DNA of 64,000 bases from Isurus oxyrinchus (lineage: Eukaryota): NCBI GenBank assembly GCA_026770705.1, contig JANJGN010000035.1, positions 7,502,001 to 7,566,000 on the forward strand, in the 5' to 3' direction. Under the pieces are notes generated by a model. It saw nothing but the letters and a program-made list of their open reading frames with translations. It did not search any database and had not been told where the DNA came from. Positions 38,351 to 51,399 of the stretch are shown here, piece after piece; positions within the stretch are counted from its first letter, which is position 1; every line of letters begins with the position of its first letter. The translations under genes were made by a program, and so were the position numbers.

Positions 38351-41300
38351 ATCCTTAGTTATTTAATTGGCAGGGGAGATGATAGAAATCAAATTATTTC
38401 ATGGCCCACTTTCCAAACATAGGACTTTCAGCTATGCAAGGAAAGAAAATATGCACCTGCTGTGTGTGCAAATGGTGGGGCAGCTCGTCGCAGAACGCAG
38501 CATAAAGAAATGAATAGGGTGCGATGATAAAGCAGAAAAACTGCAAAGGAAATCAAAACAAAACAAAAAAAAAGTGTCAAGCTTATGGACACATGAGGTG
38601 CTGTTTCTCGAGTTTATTTTGAGCTTTGGCATAGGCCAATAGCAGGAATTTCACAGTGGGACAACACGGACAATTCACTGTCAGCCAACTGGAAGCCCAA
38701 CGGTGCATGAGTGGTTTGAATTTTGGCGTGCTGCCACGTGATCTGCTATCAACCTTGGTCATTCCCCAATTCACTGCTGCATTCTCGTTAGGGAACACAA
38801 ACTTATTGTTTCATGTAGGCAGGACATTAGATTTAAGACAGTTGCTCAATGAAGAGAGCCACAAGACTACAAGGGTTTAGACGGAACAAAAAAAAAATCT
38901 TTGCTCTACATGCTCCGAAAGTTAAAAGCTTTGAAAGGAATCCTTCACCTTTGTATAACATATTTTCCTCCAAGCGTGGTGGGGCAGCTTTGCGAACAGG
39001 GTGGTAGAGGTGGGGGTCAAACCTTGTTGAGCATGAACGTAGGGATCCTCGGTCCCCAACAGACTTTGAATTTTCTGCGCATGCATGTCATGCGCATACA
39101 AGTTATGTTTCAATGTTCATGGTCACTCTTATGTACATAGGAAGGAACAATTAGTCATTGGGCAGATCACGTGACACAACAAATGAAATAAGGTACCGAA
39201 GAATGTTTAATGTATTTTGCAACACCTTACTTAGACGTTAGCGATACTGTCAGTCAACCAATCTCACTGAAACTCCATCACTTTCAAGAGGATTTAAAAC
39301 TATTACTTTCGAACTTCTCGCCATGAAATTCTCTGCAAAAGTCCATATACCTCGAATGACTCAACCATCAACCCCTAGCAGGTTTTCAACGTGACTTCCG
39401 AGATACTGTTCCACTATTACACAAAAATATGAACGTATCAGCATAATTTGAACACTTGGCCATGCGAAGCAGAACACTATGGTTCAAAAGCGTACGCTGG
39501 TTCAATCGCCCGCAGCATAGGTCACCAACCTTCAACTGACCGGTTATTTTTGCTCTTCGATTAGCAGGCAGGAATGATATCAACAACGGGTCACCTCGTA
39601 GACTTTCATTTTTTCCTTCGACACTTCACTCCCCTGGATTGACGAATGTGGACGCCTTCCTTATATCCTGCCAGCCAACTACCTCTGGCACGGGGTCACA
39701 TGACCTTGACATTCGCTCTCTTCTTCTTTTACATACACGCAAGTTTTGGCTTCAGACTGAAAAATGAAATGATGAAGAACAGCACATGTGCCTCAACTCC
39801 AAATCTGGCTATGCGCAGAAGTTTCTTGGTCGGTCTGGGACCGTTGTTCTCGACTTTGGTGCTCAACAGTGAACGAATTTCGTAATACCTCCAGCACCTG
39901 TCACCCTCAAGCCCCCCTGTCTTAACGCTTTGCTACCCTGCCCCACCACTCTTGGAAGAAAGAATGCTTCATGACGTTGACGGATTTTTCACAACGGTTT
40001 TTATAAATTCTTCCCAAATACTTAATATCACAAACTGTTAAGAAATATCATATGACATAGCGTTATCATTTTGCTCCATAATTACACATATAATATTATG
40101 GACATACATTGCTTAAGCAAAACAAAACTCTATATATGTAACAAGTACTTTTGTAGGAGTTAAACATCCTAGGTTGATGTAACCCAAAATCTGCCTTTTG
40201 CCTGCACCCTTTCTTTAAATTCAGGATATAACACAAACTTATCTTTTTTTGAACATCATCATTTTGTGGTCAAGCAAAGGTAGCGAAGATACTTTGAAGC
40301 TCTCTTTAGGTACATTTTTTATCAGTTTCCTTTCTACTTTTTCAATCTTGCTGGTGAAAAAGCAAACGAATAGTTTGCTGTCATCCCCTTTTCAAATATG
40401 GATGCACCTTAATCACGTTATGTGCTCAACATCTTGCATAGAGTATTATTAACTTTAACATAGAGGAACCTTTTTTTCATTTGCTTTTCTGTACTTCCCT
40501 GTTAATGGCAACATGTCTTCAAGGTGTCTTTGCGACAGAAATGGTATCTGTCTGACTGGCAACTAGTTTCAACATTTTTTTTTGCAATAGTTTTTCGACA
40601 ACAGTACCTTTCTTTTCTTTGCTGTGATCAGCGCTGGATGACCAAACGTGCACTTCGGGAGTTTTACCTCTTTTTTCAAGGCATTTCCTAATTCATTCGG
40701 GAAATATGTTAGAGCATTTTGCACAAGAACATATTGTTCCCTTCTAAATTTTGAAAACTACCTTCCATGTCCATTTTCACTATTTTATCCGACTACTTTT
40801 TTAGTCTATTATAAATAGATTTTAAATTTAGGTTATTAACACGTTCAGTTCACTTTTAAAGTACTGTGCTGAATCCACATTTATTTTTTTTGGTCATGAT
40901 TTATATTCTTATCAACATCACAAGGAGATTCGTTTCATTTTGAAATGGTTCTTGTAATGGTTATTGATTGTCCTTGGACATATGAAATTGACTTGTTAGG
41001 TCCCCGATTTATCACTTAAAAAATACTCAATCTGTTTTGAAAGTCAGTGTTTGGTATTTCAGAACATACATCTCACATTTATTTTCTTCAGATTTAATCG
41101 AATTTAAGAATCTAATTGCTCTGCTCAGGACCAAATTCCAGCAGTTAATTAGTTTGGATTCTATATTGGCATTCAAATGTTCAAGTTTCATTTGTTCCTT
41201 TTAATTTACACCGCATTTTATACGATACTTAACAAAATACATCTGATACTGAAAATCCATCAAATGTAGTTGAAAGCCTATCTTTGATGAATAATAATTC

Positions 41301-41514
41301 CACATGTTTATCGCCTCTCACAAATAATTTAAATTGCTCATTCAGGTGTTCTACTTTCTGTGATCGACACTTAAATGTTCTTGTTTGATAACTTTGATGA
41401 AGCTCAACTTTCGTGTGTGCAAGTTATTTTTCTGAACTGATTGGCAGAGCAAAATTCTACACATCGCCAATGAAATTCCCACATTTCTGATAATAACTTT
41501 TTTTTTGCGGTGCT

Positions 41515-41885
41515 AGGGGAAACAGTGGCATTATGGTATTGTCAATAGACGAGTATTCCAAACACATGGGGTAATCCTCTGAGGCAGGAATACGAATCCC
41601 ACCAGACCAGTTGGTGATTTTTGAATGATTAATAAAAGAACATCTGTAATTTCAAATTTATTGATGACTATTGTACCATTGCCAATCGGTTAAAACCCAA
41701 ACTGGTTCACTCATGTCCTTCATGGAAGGAAATCTGCTCTTGTTGCTTGCTCTGACTGACGTGTGACTGCAGAACGACAGCAGTTTGGTGCACCTTAAAA
41801 AAAAATCACCCTGAAAAAGGGCAATTCTTGATGGATATTAACTGCTGGCCAGGCATGCAATTCCCAGATCACATAAGCGATTAAA
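41515..41885 (+). mobile_element. tRNA-derived SINE (SacSINE1/DeuSINE-like)
   Basis: A-box-like cagtggcattatggt, B-box-like atacgaatccc, central ctggttcactcatgtccttcatggaaggaaatctgc, and a tail gggcaatt..tgctggccag..cccagatc shared with the LINE end at 47525-47590. Confidence 0.85.
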
Positions 41886-42839
41886 TATATATATATATGT
41901 ATATATTTTCACTTTGTTCCGTCCAGACTTACCAGCTCGGTTATGATCGAATCGAGGAACCGTGAGGGTATATTGTGCAAATATCTATGAAAAATGTTAC
42001 TTTGTCTACTTGATTGATTGGAAGAGCAAGGGAACACTACATCTTAGTGAAAAACCCCTGTAACCTCAATAACCTGATCCTCGTTAAAAACAAATACCTT
42101 GACTATACATGACTATAACATCCTTGCTCGTCGGTTCTGAGGTAACATGCTTCACAGCTACGATTTTCCATTCCTGTGTTGCTTAGTAGTATAGCCTTTA
42201 TGAAAAATCCCTAAACGTTTCTACTACTGACATCATCTTATCGTTCAGCATCCAGCAAAAAAGCTTTGAGGAACTTTTTGCAGCAATAGTATAACAGAGT
42301 GTTTGCACATTTTTCTTATCACAGTATCCTTTTCCTCGACTGAAACTTTTTCTGTCTTCTCCTGAAAGCTAAACCTCCTTTTGTTCCTCGATTTCCGCTG
42401 TGGTTTACAAATGATATTTATTGCCCTTACTAACCTATTTGATATTACATAACCATCTACCAGGACAGCTGCTTCCCAAACCACAGAAATATCATTGTCT
42501 ACCAATTGTTACCTTTAAATATCGGGATGCTACTTCGAAGTTTCTCTGGCATTTTGAGCTCACTCACAGCCTCAACTTCAGTTCCAACTTCAGGGTTCTA
42601 ATCCAATGATCCCAAAATATATTATTGTTATTTCTTTATTTTATAGAAAATTCTACAATTGTTCCATTCAGCCTTTTCCTGAATAGTCGTTTACATCTAT
42701 AGGCCTTGAGTATTATTATAAAAGAGACAATTTTAAGCCTTTTTTCTTAGATTCCTCAGGAAAACTCTCAGAAAATGGCAACATAAACGCGAAAACGAGA
42801 ATGTATACCTTTTGAGAAAAGATTTCTGATCGTTTGGTA

Positions 42840-44290
42840 AGTCGATGCATTGAACTGGATAATGATTCACTTTATGCATAATGCTTAGTTTGCAATTAAA
42901 CTAGGGCAACTTGAAACTAATTTGTCGAGGCATTGTCACGGGCAATGAGTCAGCAAATGGCTGTACTTAATTTGTTTAACAAAAGCAGTTGGAGTCTTGG
43001 TAATTTTTTCTCTGTCAGCAATGATCATGGTTCTGCATGTTAATGTATGGTGCTCTCAGTACACGCAAATGCATCATGCTGAGAGCCCAACTTACAATCT
43101 TACATTCGTTGGCAGCTCTGTTCTTAGCAAAGCGAGGATTATTCAGCGAATGTCCACTCTTTGAAACATATTAATGCTGGACACTATTTTCTGAATTTGA
43201 ATACCATGGGCTGATTGGAAACGGTTTTCGTTTGGCGTTATGAAATAACAGTCCGGGCATGCTGCTTGATGTATTCCGCTAGTATTTGGTAAGTGCCACC
43301 GAAACACCTAGCATTACCATGACACTGAAATTTACATGCCATAGGTATTATTTGTGTGATAGGTAGAAGAGCGTTTTTGTTTGACGACAGCATCCTGTTT
43401 CTGGTGAATACCGTTCATGTTGCTCCTGCATAACAGCAGCGTGAAACAGCTTACTTCGACTGCTGCTCAAAATTTTGGCAGAAATTGCTGTTCCAGGATA
43501 ATCTAATGTAGACTAAGCACGTTCCTGAGCCCCAAATCAGGTCCTTAGGCCTATTAATTAGGTTATGTGATACACGCCGGGAAATCATTTGATCAATGTA
43601 GCCATTATGCTTTGATGAGCTCTATTTCCGCATCAAAGGTCTACATTGAGCAAAGTTCACCCGCCCTGTTTAAAATAGTTCCAGTAATACCAATATTAAT
43701 CAGTGTAGAAACGTAAGAACCCCAAAGCATACATTGGCCAGAGAATGTACGCTTGCAGTAGACCGTGGTAGAGAATCCCTTGCAGATTTCTTAACCAATA
43801 GCTCAAGAAGTGGGTCTCCGTTGACTGCTCCATTTCAAAGATGAATTGAGTGCTAAATGAGGCCCATTAATAGATTAAATTAAATTAATACATACAGCTG
43901 CAGATTTAAATATTGCAAATGCATCATCCATATATTGGAAATGTGTCTGGCGTAGGAGTTTGGTTGGAAGCACATTGTATAAACGTTTCTCATAGAACCC
44001 AACAAAGAGATATGTTAAAGCTGTGCCTACAAGGGAGCCCATGGCAACATCATCAAATTGGGCATACATGCTGTCGTGAAAACTGAATTCAAATGCATAC
44101 ATTGCCATGTTGATAACTTCAATAATTATTGATCCATAGAGTCGTTTCGGGTCTAGTTTGGAATGATATAGTGCTGCAGCCGACATATCTATGGTTTCCT
44201 TTAGCGAAATATTTGTCAATAGGCTAGCGATGTCATAAGCGCATGGATGCAACATCGCTGCCAATGTTCTGCACTAGGTTATTACAAAGG
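42840..44290 (-). mobile_element. Penelope-like element (same family as 34960-36310)
   Basis: ORF 43875-44264 YDIASLLTNISLKETID..MYAQFDDVAMGS..FQYMDDAFAIF (PLE RT, YxDD). The GIY-YIG region lies further downstream. Confidence 0.9.
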
Positions 44291-44479
44291 TACATATCTT
44301 TCTTTAAAAAAAACACGTTAAATATTTGTTTCTGGTCATGTTTCGTGCCTCTTTCACATATCTTCCATTGTGTACCTCCTGATGTTTGGCTTTTACTTAC
44401 AGCAGAGAGGTGGACAAAGATAAAATCTCATCAGCCCAGCGCATTTTACCTTGTTTGGTCTTTGGTAAACTGATTGAAG

Positions 44480-44790
44480 GATTTAGCATGCTTTTCGAAA
44501 ACATGCCAACAACTGGTTGAAACAATTCTCCCAAACATTTGACGAATTCATAGATGGATAAGGCAGTGGCTAAATGGACATCAATCCGCTGTGGCCTGGG
44601 CAGCCCATAGCTATGCCATGCAGCGATTGGTGGCGAAAAACCCCGTCAGATTCCACTTGACAACCAATCAGTATGTTCTTTCCATGCAGGATGAATTTCT
44701 GGTTTTCCCCTTTTCTTAGTAATCTTGCAAAAATTCCCTGGTGAGTGCAACAGGAAAGTTTTCAACATGTATTCCATTTTGCGTTAGAAA
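44480..44790 (+). repeat. Inverted Penelope pseudo-LTR with degenerate hammerhead core
   Basis: Resembles the tail 36130-36300 (accaatcag..). ctggtga-gtgcaacag-gaaa at 44738-44757. Confidence 0.5.
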
Positions 44791-44921
44791 CATCAACAAT
44801 TAGGCTTCAGGGCAAGACAGCAACAATTAAATGCCACAGTTTTAACTGTCTAGTTACTTGAAAATAATGATTCCGAAAGGTAAAGTACACACCTGAGTCC
44901 TTGAAACCAAAATGACTGACA

Positions 44922-45592
44922 GTGGCTAAAATTTTCAGGATGCTGGTGTTTCCCTTCCCGCCAACCAGAGTCCATGGAGATGCCATATCCACCAAGGTTG
45001 TATGTTCTGCAACCCTTTATCTCTCAAAAAAAGACACAGAAGCTGAAGCCAGCTGCTCTAAGGTCCTCACAGCGTAGTTCTGGGATTCCATGACCAGGCG
45101 AATTTTGTGGGTTTCAGGGCTGTGAGGGTCATTTTGGCCAGGGGTGGGGTAATACAAGTCGGGTTGCTGGCATAGGTGGCTTGGGGTGCGTGTCGAAAGT
45201 TGGGGGGATGCAGGGCGTGGGATTTACGCGGGTTGACATGCTGATTCCAGAACTTTTCTTGGGGCACTCGATATGTAAAGGAGACTAGTCATGGGAGCAG
45301 TCACTCATCTTCCTGACCAAGAACTGAACTTGCATAGTTTCTTCAGTTTCCTCTTTCGAGAACTCCTCCTAGCAGCATGGTAATTGATGCTGGGTGGGCT
45401 ATTGCGGATTACTGCTAATTTAAATAATGCAATTTGGGGGCACGGTGTTTGGACTGCCCTACACCTGTCCATGCACGCAGAAAATTGCAGGGTGGCCTAG
45501 GTTAGTGTGAATCCTTTGGGAATTCAATTCGAGAAAATTGACCTTCCGCCCCACTTAACACCCACCGGTGCGAGAATGAAAACCTCTGCCCC
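44922..45592. mobile_element. GC-rich MITE-like insert with imperfect TIRs
   Basis: Left end gtggctaaaattttca versus reverse complement of the right end ggggcagaggttttca. It interrupts the Gypsy gag. Confidence 0.45.
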
Positions 45593-46489
45593 ATATATCC
45601 TTTTATCTTTTTAGCCCTCTTTTCAAACTAGATAAAATATCTCTGAACTCTATATCAATGATATTTAGGCAATACTCAGAGACTCTTTGCTGCATCAAAG
45701 CTCTGGGTAAATTTGATTTCTCATCTTTATCCTAAACTTTTCCCAGCCAGTTCATGCTGTCGGGTTTCCTTTCACCTTTGAAAATCAACTTTCACATTTC
45801 CAATTCTTTCTTTATCTGTCTTTTTATCCTCTCTCTATAATTTGTACATTTTCATTTCCTTATTTTATTTCTACCTCAAGCTGCTTCGCCTACAACTGAA
45901 TTCGAGCTAACTCAACAGAATTGCTCTCGAGGATGTTTTTTTTTATTCTTCCGATCTTACATTCTGTGTTATAAACACTGTCACTTCTCGATTCTTAATG
46001 CATTATTTTAATTTGAACTCTAACTCTTTTGCTAATTCAATCAAACTAACAGCCGTTATTTGTTGCAAATCTCAGAGATAGATCTTCTGTCTCCAGAAAA
46101 GTCTCAGCAATTGACAAAACAACCATTGTAATTTCAGTTACCGTATCAAAACTCCATGTGGATTTTTAAAAAGTCAATTTTAACTTCAGACAGTCAAGCA
46201 CTCATGTTTTTCTTTGGCTTGGAAATAACGCAAGAGCCCTCAGCTCATCTTATGATCCGTGACCGGGTCCAAGATCTGCTTAGATACTGCTCAGTGCCAA
46301 TATCTATTTAAAGTACGATTAGGTTGAGTTTCAAGACACTTCCTCAGTTAAGAAACCGATAAAAAGCCATGGGTTTTGAAGAAACGTTAAAAAAAACTTT
46401 AACATAAAATGTCAGAATTCAAAAGAGATGACAACAATTACCTTGTCAAGTTACAATTAGGGTTGCTATGAGGAGAGGTGGGGGGGACT

Positions 46490-47590
46490 GCCCTTTTCAT
46501 TTTGGACGCATTTGACCGAGTGTGGCATCAGGGAAATCTAGCAAAAGTTTAATTAATGGGAATTAGTGGAAAACAACTCCACTGTTCGAGGTCATAGCTA
46601 GCACAAAGGAACATGTTCATGGCTATTCGAGATCTATCATTGAAGTTCCACGACCTCACGGCTGGAGTTTCAAAGGGGATTGTCCCAGGTCCAAACATCT
46701 TCAAATGCTGCATCAATAACCTTCAATCCGTTATAAGATCTGAAGTGTGATATTCTCTGATGATTACAACATGTTCAGCACCATTTGCCGATCCACAGGC
46801 ATTGAGTAGCCCAGAAAGTCCAAGGTAATGTCCAGTTTTATACAAGTGTCCACTTACATTTCCATCACAGAAGCGACAGACGATGTGCTTTCCTAACAAC
46901 AGAGAATCTAAATGTCGCCCCTGGAAATTCAATGGCATTTACATCGCTAAATCCATCAACCTGAGCAGTTACCATTGACCTGAAAGAGAACTGGACTAGC
47001 CATTTAACATCCGTGGCTACTAGAGCAAATTGAACTGTTCCTGAGGCAAGTAAGACGGCTCCTCACTCCCCAAGGACAGTCCATCAGCTGCAAGTCAGAT
47101 TTCAGGTATTTGAGGGAATGCAGTCCTCTTGCCTGGATGTGCACAGCACGAGCAGCACTAAGGAGCTTGACAAAGCATTACAGATGTTTGGCACACATAA
47201 AGATTCAATCCTATAGGGGCAGAAAAGTCGAACAATTGCAAGGTGCAAAGGTACAATGCAGGAACACAAGAAGGCTCCTCAGGAAGCATCTTCCTAACCA
47301 TGACTACTACCATCTAGATGGACGAAGGAAGCAGATACATGGCAAAACCATATACTGGATGCTCTCCTTCAAGCCAATAACCATTCAGATTTGTAAATAT
47401 ATCGCCGTTCTTTCAGTGGTGCTGGGTCCAAATCCTGAATAACACGCCATAAGAGTAATGGGAGGTAGAATTACACCGCATTGTGTGCAGCGGTTGATGA
47501 AGGCAGGTTACCATTGACAATTTCTAGGGCTATTACGTATCGACATTACATGCTGGCCAAGCCATCCACGCCCACATTCCGTGAAACAAA
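46490..47590 (+). mobile_element. L2/CR1-clade LINE RT and 3' tail
   Basis: AFDRVWHQGNLAK, FSDDYNMFS (FADD equivalent), RECSPLAWM; tail tgctggccaagccatccacgcccacattccgtgaa. Confidence 0.88.
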
Positions 47591-49829
47591 ACATATAAGT
47601 AGACAGGCAAACAGGTGCCGGACAAACCTCACTACATAACGGATGACAGATGCAACCAAAATTTATCCCATGGATTTATCAAAAAAATCTCTCGATGTTA
47701 CTTGCCCTCGTAGTCACCCAATGTCACTGAAACTCTGCCTGTCTATGCGAACTTCCAATCTTTATCTTGGAAAGGTTCCTCTTCGAATTCTCTCCAAAAT
47801 TATTTCCTTATCAGATGGCATCAACAGCGGCATGCCTCAGAAGTTTTCACTACTGCATTCCAAGGTTGCATACATCTGGATTTCCGTGTTCACTTATTCA
47901 TCAACCTGGATTACAGCGACTCATGAAGGCTGATCACCACGACCTTCTAAACTGCAGATGATTAACACACTGGGACGGGTTCAGCAATGATCGACCATGC
48001 ATTTCTTCGATCTCACCTTCCAAATTCCATTCCATGAGATTCCCTAGTATAGACCCACGCGTCAAATTTCTTCAAAATAACAGATATTTGGGCACGCCAT
48101 ACAAACCATTGCAGCTCTAAAGGTACCATTGCTACCAACAGCCCTGTTCAAACACCAGGGTTTGACCTGAGAACTATCTGCACAACGTATGATCCCCTTA
48201 GCCCTGACGTTGAGTCTATGTAAGTACTCCCTCTACTCTTCCCCTTTAAAAGATCATAACGGTGAAGTTTTTCCTTCCCCCGTGAATGTCCCTTGCTTTG
48301 GATTCCCTTTTAGTCACCTTTCCTGTGGCAATCTCATGCCCTCAGCCCGGCACGTCTTGAGGCCTCTCCTTATCAGCCTTCCCCACACCCCCACCCCCGC
48401 CAATGATCGTCTGCCAGGGCATTTTTTCGGATCTCTCCTACCACTCTCTCTGATCCTCTGCCTGAGACATTTTTTTTTGATCGCGCACTGTTCCGTTCCA
48501 TTTCCTCTTGTCTGGGCCAGTTCCTGGGACCTGTTGCTGTTCCTGTTCCCTTTTCCTCTCTAAGGGATATTTACTAGCTGTGGCCCTGGTTTTTGGAACC
48601 TTCTTTTTATTTTTTTATGTAGATTATGTCTGATAAACATAATGATGAAATTTGGCATATGTGCCTACCGCTCACAACCTGTGTGTGCGGAGAATTTCTG
48701 AGATCCGTCCCAAAGTTAAGCTTCGAACTTTCGAACTCATGAAGGAAACTGTGAGTTCCGCAACATTCCCTAAGATTTTTTTTCCCCATGCATCTACTAC
48801 TCACCACCCATTGTACTGCATATTGAATATTACATATAGGAAGCAAACTGAATGAATTATAAGTAAATCACTGTCAACTTAAAGGAGCATTTGAGGTCTT
48901 AAAAGGTTAGAGAGTAGAAAGTCGACGAACAATAATTGCCAACACCTGTACTGATACGAAAAGCTGCCCAAGTAGACTGGCTAGCTGGGTCTCCCGGTTG
49001 ACTGTGAGGATTCTGGCACCTGTTGCCTATAAAAATTGTTCATCATATTTCTGAGGTTGTTGATGGTATAGTTGTTACATTTTTCAATTCAGATTCTGAA
49101 TATGGAACGTTAGCTACAAAAACCTAATCATGAAATGATAGAATGTTCTGCTACTGCTCGAGACTTTTCTCCTTGTTTGATATTAGTTTTGACTGTGGTT
49201 AACTATTGACCAGAATGAAATTGTTTCTCCAGTTTCAACCGGCAGCCAAATATTATATTATTATATCTAACTTCTAACCTGACTGTCGCAATTTCCCATG
49301 AATGAAAATCGTTGTCTCAATTCTCTGCTTATATTTCGGCAGATTAACCTTGCCGTTTTGCTTACAAAGCTGCCTTGGGTTTCACCTTGTCTTACCTCGC
49401 TGTCACGTTAAATATTTGGGAGTCAGTCTGCAGTACATTACATATAGGCACCTCAATCCACTTGAATAGGCAATTCCGCGAAATGAAAAACACTCCATCA
49501 ATAATGTGGGTCTGTGTAGTATTAAAAGGCATATTATTACATTTTCGAGTGAATAAGCTTTAAAATTGCTTGTGTAAACTCACCTGTGAGCACAGAAATG
49601 CACATTGTTAAGGAAGTGGCATGTTCCATTTAACAATCGGCTCATCGAGAGGTCCAGAGCCCTTTGTTGTGCTGTCACCTTTCGGATATCTAAGATGCGT
49701 GTTTCAAAAATTCTTCCTCCGTCCACCCCACAAACCATCCGTTCCTATCACACCCGATGATTTATGATGGTGAAAAAATAAACAACTCATGGTAGGAGGA
49801 CACTAAGTATATACTTTCAGCTACAATTA

Positions 49830-50650
49830 AGTCGGACAAGAGCACAAATGAGCAAGAAGCCAGGTGAAGTATTTTCAACCATCTTCAAACGGAAGTACCT
49901 AGTCGTTACTTTATATCTGCTGCATCCTAAATTCCCCAGCATCGATGATTCCAATCCTCAGCTAATTCGAACCTCTCAAGGTAATATCAAGTAACTTTTG
50001 AAGGCCCTGGATATTCCAAATGTTATTGGCCCTGACAAATGCTGGAAATGTTACTTGAGACGTGAGTTTCAGAAACAGGTCCGCTCTTAGCCTATCTGAT
50101 CCAAAACTGCTACAAGACTGTGATCTAGCCAGCAAAGAGGAAAATTGCCCAGAAATATCCTATCCACAAAAGAAACAAGAACAATACAATATTGCCAATT
50201 GCCGACCAACAGTCTGTTCCAGGTCTTTGGGAAAGAAATGGTATGAAACTTTTACACTGCTGGTAATCTGCACTTATTCAGCAATAACCTGTTGAATGAT
50301 GTTTGGATGTTTGGCACTAGGTTCACTTTGCTTCCCACCTCAGTACATTCTCGGCCCTAACCTGGACAAAACAAGGGAATTCAGAAGAGGAGTTGGGTTG
50401 CTGCTGTAGCAGTAAAGTCAGCATTTATCCGAAGTTTCAAATTTGAAGTAATTAAAAATTAACGTGAAAACCCTCTAATGGTTCAAAACACGTGTAGTAT
50501 AACGGAAAGATGGCTGTTGTTGTTGGAAACCAACCAACTCAGACTCAGAATGTCGCTGACAGAATTCCTCAGGCTAGATCCCGAAGCAACTTCAGCTGTT
50601 TCCTTAGTTGCTTATGCGGTATCATGAGATCAGAAGTGGGTATATGGAGT
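49830..50650 (+). mobile_element. L2/CR1-clade LINE RT fragment
   Basis: LKALDIPNVIGPD, KKQEQYNIANCRP, MAVVVGNQ..IPQ. Confidence 0.75.
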
Positions 50651-50739
50651 AGTTATCCAAGAAAAGTTAAAATGAATAAACTGACCTCTAAATCCACGTT
50701 ACATGTAGTGTTGTCCCCGCCTCACGCCCCCACCCCCAT

Positions 50740-50900
50740 CCAGCAGACCTCCCATTTGATATCCCCTGATGATCTTGGTACAAGGCATTCAGACTCGAAT
50801 CATTAATTACATTTTTATCTGCAAAGATGCTGCTTGAAGGGCTGGGATTTTTTTCTGCACTGTCGTCCTTTATCTAAGACTTCCAGTATACGTATCATTA
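50740..50900 (+). mobile_element. Degenerate Penelope tail
   Basis: gactcgaatcattaa...gatgctgct...gacttccag resembles 10460-10560. Confidence 0.5.
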
Positions 50901-51399
50901 TTCTTTCTTCAAGGGAATTTCGTGGAGTTTACAGTCTTCCAGTGAAAAACGTTGAAATATTATTTAATTCTTTCAGCAACGACTGACCATACGTTAGCCA
51001 TCTGCAGGCCTAATAACATTAAATGCTGCCTTAAGGTGGCTATCTTGAAGAATAAAATGTCTCACAGATAACGGAATTTAAAAAGAAATTCAATCAGCGC
51101 TGTTTATACTTTGGCATTTTCCAATGCCTTGTCTTTTTTTTCAGAAATGATCAAACTCTAGAAAAATTTTACACATTTGCATAACTCTAGTAACTCTCAA
51201 CTCTGGACGTTTGCCTTCGCAGTCATTATCATGGCGAAGCAGTGTGGTAACAGTGTCTTGCAAGCAGCATTGTGGTGAAGCAGCCTGTGAAGAATGCCCT
51301 GCAGTCAGCATCGCAGTGAAGCCATCTGGGAAAAGTGTCCTGCGTTCGGCATGACAGTGAAGCAGCCACTACAAGAAAATTTGTTAGCAAACAGATGAG

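Larger units (their letters stand above)
38732..46460 (-). mobile_element. Degenerate Gmr1-related Gypsy LTR element (gag-PR, pol largely absent) with nested insertions
   Basis: gag start MVVLSIAETFLETEDLSL at about 46126. tRNA-Pro-like PBS at about 46225-46245. 5' LTR remnant 46248-46460 is homologous to the end of the 3' LTR at about 38732-39935 (aaaccc.tg...tgag.aa.tgtctt.aaa). The LTR shares gatggagtttcagtgaga with the element 1 LTRs. Confidence 0.7.

Noticed and set aside
41515-41605. tRNA-like A/B boxes
   Set aside because: They are a SINE head, not a tRNA gene.
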